Source of the DNA: Amoebophrya sp. A120
Lineage: Eukaryota > Protista > Dinoflagellata
Direction: 5' to 3'
Assembly: GCA_905178155.1 (NCBI GenBank)
Contig: CAJINV010000011.1
Coordinates: 2,163,503 to 2,227,502 of the forward strand
Length of the DNA stretch: 64,000 bases
Both the position numbers and the translations under genes were made by a program. The notes beneath the pieces are model-generated. The model saw only the letters and a program-made list of their open reading frames with translations, had not been told where the DNA came from and searched no databases. Positions 1 to 12,700 of the stretch are shown piece by piece; position 1 is the stretch's first letter; each line of letters opens with the position of its first letter.

Positions 1-669
1 CGCAGTTGGGAATGAGCGAAAAGGTATGTGCTATAAATAGTTTTCTCCTAGTTTTAGGTCTTGCAGTTGCTCTTCGTTGGTTCTTCGTGCCATGAGATGT
101 GATGATTTTTTTGGGTTGATCAATTTTTCAGGACGATCCTCATCACCAGCTGTTACTTGCTAAAAACATAAAAATCAAAGCGAAGTACACGACTACATCA
201 GGTCGGCCTGTTCAATTACCACGACAATCAGAGCAGCGAGGGGAATTTCACGAAGCCCTACAGCGAAGAGACTGCGCAGACGATTGACGTGGAAGTGAAG
301 AAAATTGTCGACGCGCAGTACGACCGCGTGAAAACCCTGCTGAAGGAAAAGGAGCACCTCATCCACGCCCTGTCCGATAAGCTTTTCGAAAAGGAAACCT
401 TGGTCTACCAAGACCTGGTCGAGGTGCTCGGGCCCAGGCCCGGCGGGTTGAAAGCCGGATACGAGGAATTTATCACGGCAACCTCGCAAGCCAGCGAGGA
501 CATAAAGAAGGCCAAGGCATCTGCAGAGGCTGCCGCAGCGGCCTCCTCGGGTGGGGATCCTGGCGCGTCAGGGGGATCATCTGGTGGGGAGAAAGAACTG
601 AAGCCAGACCTGGAAAAAGAAGTCCTGAAAGAGGACCCCCCTCTCAGTGCGACGCCTAGTGGCGCATAG
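1..669 (+). CDS. 3' end of FtsH/AFG3/paraplegin-type ATP-dependent metalloprotease (peptidase M41 C-terminus), 5'-truncated; GT-AG intron 24-201
   Basis: Spliced translation QLGMSEK|VGLFNY...KPYSEETAQTIDVEVKKIVDAQYDRVKTLL...LFEKETL..DLVEVLGPRP matches the m-AAA protease C-terminal pattern (GMSEKVG, KPYSE.TA.IDxEV, LGPRP). Confidence 0.88.
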
Positions 670-2162
670 AGGAATTATGGTGATCTTCACTTCAGGATAT
701 GGATCTTCATCTTCACAACTTCAGCATTGTGATCTACAACTCTGGGAAAAAATTTTATCTACCTTCTTGAAACAATGAATCTGATATACCGTACAACTCG
801 TTTATTAGTCTGAAACCTGGCAACCTTGATCGCACAGTAGTGCTTTCGCTTTTCGTTTTCTATCTGGTATAGCGTATAAGATTTTGTGGCAAAGAAAGTA
901 CTAAATGTGCAGACATAATCGAGATCAAATTCTCGAAATAACCATACGTGTCGTCGTGAAGATTGTATGTATTGATATGATAAGTTGTACCCAATAACAT
1001 ATCTGTGTGGAACTAGTTAGTCGAAGATGTCTAACCGCATTTTTTAGTCCACGTCTACCCCCTTTTTGCTCTTTTGATTTCTGAAACTATACCCACGACT
1101 ACCCGACAGATTGATACGGCATCTCGCTTCCCAATCCCAAATAATGGCCCTGCGACTTTTATCGTCGATACAAGATTAGTACGCTAAACACGCGACAACA
1201 TAATGGCAGCGATCTTTTCTTGGTTAGTACCTCCCGCACGAGGCCAATGGGCGCGTTGAAACGCGCTGGCGCGTCGTAAACAGAATTACTTCTGCGGAGT
1301 AGATTTTTTTGGTTAAGGTCAAGGAAAAGCAGCCCTGCTTTCACCTAGTACCCCGTGTGACAGACCACAACTGGTGCGCACCAGCTCCCATTATCTATCT
1401 ATCAGTGCGAAACGTAAACCCTACCCTTTGATTTGCCAGTGAGAGGACGATCAGCATAAAGAAAGTATCTATCCGAAAAAACGAGCAGTATAAGAAAGGC
1501 GACAACAAAAGCGACAAAGAAGTAGTACCGTTCTACAGAGCGAAGCGTGGCCACAAGGTCGTGCATTTTTGGATCGATTAAGGATCTGCTCTGGAAGGTG
1601 GTGTGTTCGTCGCAACTACTCGTGGTGGGCAGATTAAATCGGAAATAAGTGTCGATCGACTCCTCGTGGAGAACTTTTGGCAAATACAAACAAATGAATC
1701 AATGCTGTTCGTTTTCTTTTTTTCCTTTTCGTTCGTGAGGGATCGTTAAGCACTTCGTCGGGGGGCAGTTTAGTACGCAGGGGTACAATTTCAAGGATGA
1801 AAATTGCTATACATTTACTGATCTACTGGCTCGTCTGCTTTTATGTACTATCGACGTGCTTATCATGATCTTCGAAGACACCAGGGTGTCTGTCGTATTC
1901 GTTGCATGCGTTTGTATCGTTTCTTGCAAGAACACCTATTCGCCTTCGCAGCTTTCCCAAATCGCGTGCATTGTCGTCGTCGCGTTGCATTTACGGTTTG
2001 TTCACATCAAAAGATTCTGAAAGCACAAAAGAACGGCAGGAGGGGCTACAGGGGGTGGTGTTTTTTGAAAGAAGATGAGGGATTGATAGAAGGACCTCCG
2101 TATTTCTACTCTAGACTATTCGTTCCTCATCCTTGTACACAGGAGGAAAACAAAAGAAAGCT

Positions 2163-5100
2163 ATGTCGATCCGGAATATCGTAGCCCAGTATTCCTCCGG
2201 ACAGCTGTCCCGCGAGGAGTACTATGCTGCGCTGGCCGAGGCAGTTGAAGTGCGAGGCGGGGGGGAAGAAGAACAACAGCCGAGGAGAGGACCGTCGTCC
2301 TCCTCCAGTAGTTCCTCGTCATCGTCCGCCGGCAGAACAGGACCACTACGCGGCCCCGGGGGCTCTGAAAGAACGAAGAAGCAGGACCACGACATTTCGT
2401 CGCCGGACGAGAATATAGTTGCAAATTATAACGGGGGACGACCCGGCGGACCACACGCCTCCTCGTCTTCCGGCAGTACAAGTTCGAACAAATTTCTCTT
2501 TTCTGCGGAGCCCGACGGGAGTTCTCCTGCGCCACAGGCCGCGATACCGAGGAAGACCGCGCAGGAGTCCGAGTTGGGGACTACAGCAAGACAGGGTTTC
2601 CGGCGGCAAGTGGAGTACGATGCGTCGGGGAAGCGCGTCAAGGTCAAGTCTTCGTATGACGATCAAGGGTCTTTCCGCAATTTCGGCGAGGGGTCGGGGG
2701 CAGGCCAAAGTGTTCAGGCGGAGGGAAGCATGGGCTCGTTCAACGAGGATTTGGAACAAAGATCGCAGTCGCGACAAGAAACAACCTCAAAAACGTCTAG
2801 GACCGACAGCCGCGGCGGGAGCGATATAAAGTCTTCTTCTAGTCGCGCGGATCAAACGAAAGCTAGTCGAGTAGAGAAGTCCAGCCGCAAAGAGCAGTCC
2901 AGCCGCACAGAGCAGTCCAGCCGCAAAGAGCAGTCAAGCCGCAAAGAGCAGTCCAGCCGCACAGAGCAGTCCAGCCGCAAAGAGCAGTCCAGTCGCGCGG
3001 AGCAGTCCAGCCGCAAAGAGCAGTCTTCAGCAATAGCGGATAAAGAGCAAAAATCTCGTAGAAGCAGTGCCTCTATGCGTAGTTCCGGTTCTGGTGAAAT
3101 AAGGGCGCCGTCGAGTAAAAATTCGTCACATCAAGATGAAAACCTGCAGAGCAGTTTTCAGGAACCGCGGAGCAGTGCGGCCATGCGTTCGGTCGTACAA
3201 GGATCCAAAAGTATGCAAGAGGAGGAGGAAATAAACAGATATTCATCGCAACAGCAGGGGAAGTTTTCAGCGAACGCATTTTCAACATCCGCAGGCGAGC
3301 CACCCCGGGGAGCTACAACAACCGGGGGTAACAGTAGATTCTCGTCCCCTTTTGCAGGAGGAGGTCAGGGAGAAGATGAAGATAGTGCGAATGACAACAA
3401 CTTCTACAGAGGCACGACAGCTTCAAGAGGTGGTGGCCCCACCGCCGCCACCGGATCTCTTTCCGCCGCGCGGTTCGAGAAAAGCAGCAGACAGCTATCC
3501 GAGAATGAACTGCAGCAGAGTCGTGGTTCATTTGCTGGTGATGTTCAACAACATCCGAAAGTTGGCGACTCGGCGTCCGCGCCATCGCGGAGCAGGAGCA
3601 ATGGGACAGCGGGTGGAAGCAGTGGAAATAGTACAACAAAGAAAAAACAAGCTTCTAAACCGCAGCCGAAATCGAAGCAGCCGATCAATTACGAGCACAA
3701 CCACGAGCGGCCGGAGGGCGGGCGGAGAACGCAGGGTTACAAGCACAAAAAGCAAATGATTGGTCGCGACAGCGACTTCACGTTTCAGCCGAAGCACCGA
3801 GTCACCCCACCAAGTAGGAGTAACAGTCCACCCTACGAGAGGGAAAAAGAGAAACCCAAGTGGATGATGCTGTCGGAGGAAGAAAATTGCTCCTTTTCCC
3901 CACGGTTGATGACAGCTGCACACCGGTCCAGATCGCACTCCCCACAGTTCAAACTGTCTACATCTCCGAAGCGGATCGAGAAAAACCCGGAATACTGGGG
4001 CGGCGGCCCCCCGCAGTACATGCTGCAGAGTGAGGACCGCAATTGCACCTTTACGCCGAAAATCTCCACGCGGGCGCAGAAGTACCAGTTGCCAAACTTC
4101 CGCGATCGGCTGGAAGCCTGGGCCGCGAAGAGCCGGGAGAAGAGGAAACGATTAGTGGAGAAATCCATGGAAGCGGAGCTTGAACGTAAATAATTTTCGT
4201 ACGTGTTTTTTGCTAATATGCTATCATGGCAAGAAGAGATGCTTTCAGCTTCATCAAAAAGAAACACCTGTACTATGCTAAAAAAACTTTTAAAGTCGCC
4301 AAGCAGCAGCCGGGGAACCGCGGCAGCGCTCCTTCCCAGTTTGACCCGGAGGCCATGGGGCGGTCCATGCACGATTCGCAGGTAGCGCACAAACAGAGGA
4401 TCCTCGCCTACGTGTCGCAGAAGCACGGGCACAGCGAGAGCATGAAAAAAAAGGACGAGCAGCAGGAGTGCACCTTTCAGCCGGATCTGCGGTCCAGTAA
4501 AGACTCGTTTGAACGCGTCCGCGAGACGATGGCGCCGAGTACCCGAACGGGTGCGCGAGACCGAGTGCGGACACCGGACGCGAATAAAGTGGTCGCGGAT
4601 ATTCTGAAGCACGGAAGGAGGTATGAATCTGTTTTTCGGAAGCTACATGGCTCGTTTCTACTTTTGCGGGATTACTTGGTTCGAAAGTCATTGAATTTCC
4701 AGATTCCGAAAAAATGAAAAAATAAAAATCCAGCCACTACGAGGAGCCCGGTTTTTCTTTGTCTCCGACGGCGATCCGCACGCACCTTGACGGAGCGCGG
4801 CACGCGAAGTGTCGCGAGGAGCAGCCGACGTTTAAACCGCGAGTGAATTCCGTACGGCCGGAGATGACCGCCGCGAAGCTGTACCTCACCAGCGACGTTT
4901 TTACCCGACTCACCGAGGGGGTGCTGTACAGCCGGGATTTGAAGGACGACCAACAGTACGAGAAGGAGCACGGGATGGGCAGGTGGCACATCAAGGCGAT
5001 GGAGAAGGAACTGCAGGACGAGGAGGAGGCTAAGTTTGCCGCCGTGATTGAAGCGCGGCACGGGGTGAAAAAGGAGGAGGGGCCGAACTGGTGGCGCATC

Positions 5101-8100
5101 CAGCGGTTTCTGTGGCACCAAAACCTGTGCGAGGAGCGGCGGTTGCTGAATTTGGACGACTTGGGCAAAACCTACACGGTGCAAATGAAGGGGAAGCCGC
5201 AGATCAGCGGGGGAAGCAGGTATTTGGCGGATAAATTGGTGACGAAGGACCTCTACATCCCCCCCGGCGGCAGTGGGCAGCAGGGCTACTCCTGGCGGCT
5301 CGAGGCCGCGCAAAAGGCGGAAAACAAGGAGTGCACCTTTCAACCCAAAATTTCACAACGGTACGATAAAAGTATTCCGTGCAGTTTATTGATGTTGCGT
5401 GATCCGATACACTTATGGTACTTCTTTTCGACAGCTTCTCTCTGCATGAGTATATGAAAATGAAGCAGTAGTTGTAGTAGAGTGCGCCTGCCGCGCCCGC
5501 ACCGGAGAAAATAATCTTATCCGCTACAATTATCTTCTTCGATCCGACATTGTCAGCAGAAAAACCCGAACTATATGACTCACAGGTCCCGGTCTGTGGA
5601 GCGTGATTGGCGGATTCTGTATGAGGACGCTGCGAAGAGACGGGAGCGGAATAAGGAGCGGGAAAAACAGCAGGGCATGGACCAGCTGCAGGGGGCGACG
5701 TTTCACCCGAGAATATCCGAGTTTGCGAAGTCGCGCTCGGTATGCATTGCAAATATGTCTGGGTCTGGAAACTTGTGATGCTGGGCTGGGAACAGACTGA
5801 ATGCTCTGTAATGCACAGCCGAGCATGAGAAATAATTTGCGCGGCTTAGTGTTGCCTTTTTCGAATGATAAGCTGCGCTTTGCATGACAAGTAAAAGAGT
5901 CTCTTCTTGGACACGCATCACAAACTCGTCAGTCATGCCAGACAAGCATGACAAACCTGGCAATCTTCCAGACCCAGACACATTTGCATTTGATACTCGG
6001 GGGTGATCAACTCCTCTGGGGCGCTGGACGACTACCTGGCGCACCTGCAGTATCCCAAGCAAAAACGTCCCCGCCCCATAGTCAAGTTGGGAATCTAGCA
6101 ACACAAATCTCCAAGTTTTGGGAGCTGTGCATGACAAGTTTCCCTCTACTGCAGTGTCGTGCTGGTTGGCAAGGGAAGCCGCATGAGACAGCCACTCCTT
6201 CATCCTGTTTACAGCATTACAAATTCTAAAACGCGATTGGTAATACCTCGCATGCCGCTGCGCATTACAAATGTTCCTGTCATTGCACATTTGCATGACA
6301 ACTCTGGGGTGGGGACGTTTTTACTCAGGATATGCAGAAGAAGGACGAGAGGCTGCTGCTGACAAGACAAAAGTACGTGGACCGAATGGAACAAGTGCAG
6401 CGGGAGCTGTGTCCCTTCAAGCCAAATCTGATGCACGCCGCGGGGCACGTACCTAAGGTGGAGTCCGCGTCCTTGGACACCTTTAAACTGTACAACGAAC
6501 TGCGGCACGCCAGGGATGCAGAGGTGCAGGACAGAATTGGGGAGGAAAAAAACTACGCACGGGAACAGGCCCGGCTGGCCAGGAGCAGGAGTCGTACTTA
6601 CTCTGAATTAGCTTGATGCAGCTGTTCTTGCTGGTTTTTTGGTTGTAGTCACTAGCGATAGGATTTTAAAGCGCGAGATTTGATTTCCACATTCGACGAG
6701 ATAACAGACTCAGGAGACACGATCATGATTATCAATTTAAGACGAATGATCTGGGAAAGAAATCGATCAAACTTCCCGCAGCTGACGCCGCCAATTCGTC
6801 CGATGGTGGGAACAACAATACGGCGTCGAGGAGTCGATCGCAGTCCCAGCCGCCGTCCCAACCTCGCTCGCGCTCGCCCACAACGACGAACACCGGGGCT
6901 CCAAAAATGCTCTCCGAGAAAAAGAAGGATAATCAGCTGCAAAAATGTCTGGGTCTGGAAGATTGCCAGGTTTGTCATGCATATTTTGAATGACCCATGA
7001 TGTCTGTGATGCATGCCGTAGCATCACAGATTTTTAGAGGACTTTGTGATGCCTCTACCGCATGAGAAATGCCCTCTCCACGTAGCACACACTGGAGTCC
7101 TTTTGCTGGTCATGCAATACAAATTTTTTTAGAATCCAGAGACAGCATTACAAGTTTATAATCTTCCAGACCCAGACACTTTTACATTTGATAAAGGAGA
7201 TCTTGATGCAGAAGTTCGCCCACGACCAGGCTATCGACATTCCGAGCAAAACCGCGAAAGCCCACCCGAAACACACGCCGCTGACCAAGTGGGAACCGAG
7301 CCGGTGGAGGCCGATGAGCGGATCAAAAGGTGGTTCGAAGTCCCGTAGTTCCCCGGCGAGGGGCAGTCGCTCCGCTTCCCCGGACAATCTTCCGCGCGCA
7401 CGACGTTCCCTCACTGCGGTTAAGAAGCCGGAAGCGACGACGAAACGGGAGCCGTCGCACAAGCACGGATCCGTGTTGTTCAACCACGTCCCGATCAACT
7501 TCGACCCGACGCGGCGGTCCGTGCGGTCCGACGCACATCTATCTTCGAGCACCGGAAATGATACAAGTAGTGTCGAACAGGGAGCGGTGAGCAAACTGAT
7601 CCAGAATTTCTCGCGCGAAAACAAGCTTTTGTCATCAAACGCGGTGGAGAACTTCTCGTCGTCGGATAGAAGTCGCAGCAACAGTCCGAGTCCTGTTCCC
7701 GCACGACCTCCGTCTCGGAAAACAGCCCCGAATCTTCGCGAGACGAACAGCGGCTTGGCTTCCACTGCCGCGGGAACGAACTTTGGAAATTCCATGAATC
7801 AGACGGATTCCGGCGCTTCTGCCTCGCCGGTCATGTACCACCGGGGGGTTGCCATCCCGACCGCGACGTTTGTGCCGCGGAAAACGGCACCGATTGAGGA
7901 GGAAACACCAAAGAAGAGCCGCGTGACCAATCTGTACTATGCGGAGCCGGGAAGTGGTGATGAGGCCTTGAATGCGTTTTACAAAGGCGCTTCTTCTACA
8001 CAAGCATTACAGATGAAAACGAACAACAACCCCAGCGCCGGTGTTCCAAAGTTACCCTTGAACAGTACCGGCGCGAGTCGGCAGTGGGCGCAGGCGAGAC

Positions 8101-8543
8101 GGGAGAAAGAAGACGTGTGGGAGGAGCTCCTTGGCGCGAGCGAGTACAGTAACAGTGAAGATGTGATCTCGGACGTGTCGTCGGAAAAGCAGCAAGCCAT
8201 AAAACCTTCTACTTCTCTCCAGTTTAACAAGAAGAACAGCAATCACCAGGCTCGCGACGACGCGGAACAAGAGCGTCGATTGCAACCAAAGATTCTCTAT
8301 CAGCCGCGCAACCCGCAGGAGAAACACGAGTTGCAATCTGCGCAAGCGGCGGTGAGCTATGCGAAAGCGGTGGAGAATCTGGAGCGCATGACGAAACACA
8401 TCTCGGCACGCAACCAGTTTTTGGAAGCGTCTTTAGAAGCTACCGAGGTAGCGGAGCTTGATAGGAAGTTCGGCAGAAATAACAACTACGCGGGCGGCAG
8501 TACTACTAGCGGCTCAGTGGGTCCACGGTGGGACACCTCGTGA
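2163..8543 (+). CDS. Large multi-exon Ser-rich protein with about 8 (E)CTFxP(K/R)(I/L) repeats; several GT-AG introns plus 3 introners
   Basis: ORFs at 2133, 4226, 4759, 5575, 6332 and 7188 appear to be exons of one gene; introner junctions are in frame. Motifs DFTFQPK, NCSFSPRL, NCTFTPKI, ECTFQPDL, QPTFKPRV, ECTFQPKI, GATFHPRI, LCPFKPNL. Not all canonical intron boundaries were fixed. Confidence 0.7.
2880..3023 (+). repeat. Coding minisatellite, 8 x 18 bp (TCCAGCCGCAAAGAGCAG) encoding SSR(K/T/A)EQ
   Basis: Directly visible tandem array, 144 bp. Confidence 0.95.
5741..5995. mobile_element. Introner, TIR family A
   Basis: TAT..ATGTCTGGGTCTGGAA ... TTCCAGACCCAGACAC..GATA; DR CTCGG/CTCGG; removal gives KSRS-GVINSS. 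Confidence 0.93.
6051..6332. mobile_element. Introner, TIR family B
   Basis: TATCCCAAGCAAAAACGTCCCC ... GGGGACGTTTTTACTCAGGATA; DR TGCAG; removal gives AHLQ-KKDER. Confidence 0.93.
6930..7193. mobile_element. Introner, TIR family A
   Basis: Family A TIRs, left end TAATC variant; DR AAGGA; removal gives SEKKK-EILMQK. Confidence 0.9.
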
Positions 8544-9767
8544 GGAGGGCTGAGTGTAAGTAGCTTCTTCTGGCACCACCAGAAGACCGGGTAGATAAGT
8601 ATCAGTGGTGGCAAAAATTGAAGTTGTATCTAATGAATGCAATAACGCACGAAAATCTAAAAACCGCGAACAGAATACTGTTCAGATTCACAAGGACAAA
8701 GCTAAGATTTCTCTCAGGTACTATGTGTTTATAGGTATTCGACAAGGTGAAAGATGGTATGATGCAGTGGAGCAATCTGTATGCATCGTGCGTATCCAAC
8801 AGGTATTCTTCAGGTATTCAGGTAATTTAGAGAGTGTGAAAAAATACTATAAGCAGGACGTAGATGATTGAGCTTGAATGTTCTAGTCGCGGCAACTTAA
8901 GCAGATGAATTCAAAATAAATGTGCCGCGCAAGGTGGTGCACTCGAGGAGAGAAGGCCGTTCGGACTACATTCGTGTCGTCCGTTGTTGGTGGCGACAAG
9001 TAGATACAAGCAGTGTTCACACGACGAGGTGTCATTCAAATCACATTTGATTCATTAACACTCTTCCCACGCAGATTCTCTCATCTCACCGCTTCAACAG
9101 ACAGCGCAGTTCTGCAGCGTTCTAGGCACAAGTTTCGAAGGCGCACAGCAGCATTTCTATCTCATTCATGAAGCAACGGCCCATTTTTATATGCGTGGTT
9201 TGATTGCAGATCATTAACATGACGCTAGTCCATTGAAGCGACGGATGGTTTTTTTCTGTTGAGTGGAGCTGCGTAATGTCCATTAACAAGATCATCCATT
9301 CTCAACAACACCTGCCCTCGACGTAGACAATAACAGCGAAGCAACGAGGTGGTACGTAGGAGATTTTGAATGCTCGAAAGATAAAGTGGTCGAATCACAA
9401 CGAACTTCGTAGATGTACCATTCAACATCCTATTGTCGCAACAAGAACAGGGAGAGCAGCAGGTGGAGGTGATGTAGAAAGGTTCGGAGTGGTAGTAGCA
9501 GAGTAGTAGACAAGTTCAGTGTCCTCGTTTTGTATCGCTGTGGAGACCCACATCGGATCGCTCCACTTCGGACATTGCTCGGTCGTCGCTTGATGGCATA
9601 GCTTCGCGCAAGATGTCGCTGCTCCCTGCCTTTCGGAAAATAAAATCGGGAAAAATTGCCGACGTTTCTTTATGTGCACTGCACCAACTTCTGCATAATT
9701 TTTTATGTAGAGGTGGTGGGCGACTACCCCTACAGGAACAAACAGGACGCGGCTCTACTAGAAAAAG

Positions 9768-12700
9768 ATGCAACCTGAGGAGAAACTTACTTCTACGGGG
9801 GCGGAAAAGGACGATGGTGTTGACATCAAGATTGATGCGAGTGCAGCTGCGTTTAGCAGCAGGAGGAGGAGCCTTAAGACGACGACCACATCTTTTACTG
9901 TTCTCAACAACCCCACCAGCTACTCCGGTGCAGCAGTCGTCGTTCCAGGTGCGTCGATCACATCAAATGGGAGCAAAAATATCAGCGCCGCAGGCGCAGG
10001 AGCCAATAACACGACCCAAGGGTACTACAACACCAACCCTCTTGGTGCTGTCCTCACCGGCGCCTCAGCCAGCTCCTCGTCGAGTCGGCCCCCGCCACAT
10101 TTTTCAGCGCTATCTGGGAGAAAAGGAGGCTCACAGCCGAGTAGCAGCTCCAAGGCGGCGCGGCAGAATACGGAGGACCATGATGAAAGTGCTTTATTTA
10201 TCCAAGCAGCGGCAGGAGGAGGAGCAGCAGCATCCAGTAGCCTCCACGCTGCACCGGGCGCGGCGCACAGTGCTTTCGGTACTGTTCTAGGGAAATGCAT
10301 TGATTTCATGTTGACATTCGAGAAAATGATGAAATCAAATGCTAGCGCTTGCAACATGTATCATTTGTTATTACTTTTGGTCTGTGATGATCAAATCTAT
10401 CTGTACATAACATAAGTGTTTTCGGAATGCGGCAATTTCACTGCCTGGCTTGCTTGAAAAGAAGTTGAACCTCGGGCGATTTATTGTTTATCACAGGTTC
10501 GAACCCGTTCCGATCGCCAGACGCCCCCGGTACTAGTTCTTCGTACAACTACAATGGGCTTTCCTCGCTCAAAAAATCCACCGCCCGCCGGTTCTCGCCC
10601 GAAGACCAGGCCTGGTGCGACGAGCAAACACAGCAGAAGCTGGACGTCTCGCAGTTACTCACTGCCTTGATGGACATTCACTCCTTGACGCCCGGGACGG
10701 AGGAGGCGGATGTGTACCAAGCCAGTTTCCAGCAGGCGTACGACGGGCGGATGCGGCTCTCTCTGTCCGCGTTGAAGACTGGGTTGAGCGAAAGCGAACG
10801 CGTGAAGGAGGAAAACAAAAAGTTGATTTCCCAGGAGTCCATCGATTCGAAGTTCAATAGAAATGATCGGTTGCAGCAGCAAGAAGGCAGTGGAAACGAT
10901 AGTAGTCCAGAATACGACTTCGCACAGAATTCCGCTTCTGCCGCCTCTTCCGCCGCAAAGAAATCCTCATCCTGGGGCTCGGATTTCAAGGGGACCAGGC
11001 TCGATCGCGGGTCTTGCTTCGGCGAGAATTCCTTCGGGGAAGCTGCTTCTCCACCGGGGGTTGTTGCGCACAACAACCCTAGCTCACTCTTCGCCCGAAG
11101 CGTTTCTGCTAGTAGCGGCCGTGGTGCAGCACCTTCTTCACACGAAAAGCAGCATCAAATCGAAAATGAGGAGAGCGAACAGTTGCCGCTCGACATCGGT
11201 GGGCTGAACCACCTCAAGCAGATCGGGGGGAAAGACGCAGGAAATCTTAAACCCGCGTATTCCCCGCCCGGGCCAAGAACCCGACTACCGGCGTTTTCCG
11301 TTCTGCTTCGGCGGGGGTTGGACAGCTTAAAGGCCTCCCACCGGTCCAGATCAGGGTCTGCGTCGCCCGATTCTGGTGCGGTCTCCCCGCCCGCGTCCGA
11401 GCAGGACCACGGGTTCGATCCGCAGATCTATCGGGGTCCTCACAACGCGCGGGATGTGTTGCGCAGTCAGTATGGCGGTGATGGTGTTTCTTCTGTAGGG
11501 GCCAGCGCGCAATTTGGAGCCGGGGGTGCAGCATCTTCAAGTAGAACGGGGGCATTTTCCTCCTTTGGTGCTGGTGTGACGAGTTCGAGTTTTGGTCCTG
11601 CTGGAGCTCCTGCGTCCTCCTCGTCTGCCTCGCGACCTTTTTCGCAGACCTCGACTGGTCTTCTTGTACAACAAAACCGAGGACCAGCACCGCAAAATCT
11701 GCGTGACGAGCACGTGACATCCCTAGCTCCGTCGCTGAGCCGCACAAACGCGGTGGTTTTCAGTAGTGCCACGGAGACCGAGCCACAACATCAGCAGCTT
11801 CACCTTATTTCAACATCTAATGGTTCGGTAAAAAAGAAAAATGCATCCAGTACCTCTGTCAATAAGACCCCGAGTCCTCCGGCAAATAGGGGCTTCTTAG
11901 CTGCTGCAAAGTCGGGGTTCTCCCCCGAGAACCCGTGGCAGCAGGGCACACCGTACAGTGCGGACAAAAAGCTCCGGGAGGAGGAAGCTGCGAGAAAGGA
12001 GGCCGCGGAACGACAGGATAGAAAAGCTGCAGATCATAGAGAAAATAATCTTCTCCTAAGGCCCACAAACTTCAACGACTTGCTCGAGGAAGTGCCAGAA
12101 GCTCCTCCTGCAATGGAGGACCTGGATGAAGCAGCAGCAGAGTCCTCGCCTGAGCAAAAAGTGCATGATCATTCTGTTGATTTTTCGTTCGGAGGTCCAG
12201 AAGCAGTGCGGCAAGAACTTCTTCTACAACAACCCGCGCAAGGAGAAGTGCAGACAATAACGTCTCAACGGCACCGAATGGCTGGCTCTTCTCGTACAGA
12301 ACACGAGGACACTTTCACGGCCACGGGTAAAGATGACTCCTCCCCCGACTTCGGAAATGGTCTGGTACCGAATCAGACGTTGAAAGTCGGGAGCGCGACG
12401 CGAACGGTCGTGTCACCCATGAGACGACGGGAGCTCGGCATGTCGAATTCCAACTACATCGACCTCACCAATTCGACGACGACGTCCAATTTTTACGGCA
12501 GTAAAACTTCCCTAGTGCCGCCTCCAGGTCGTCCAGGGATTGTGCAAAGACTATTGCAACATGCTGGAGGCCGTGGTATAACTGGGGGTGGCAGCAGCAG
12601 TAGCACCAGCAGGTTCCAGTTTCCTTCTATTCATCAACAGCTGCGGGGGCCACAAGAAGAGCTGCTAAAATCGTCTGCAACTTCCGTGGTACAACAGTAC

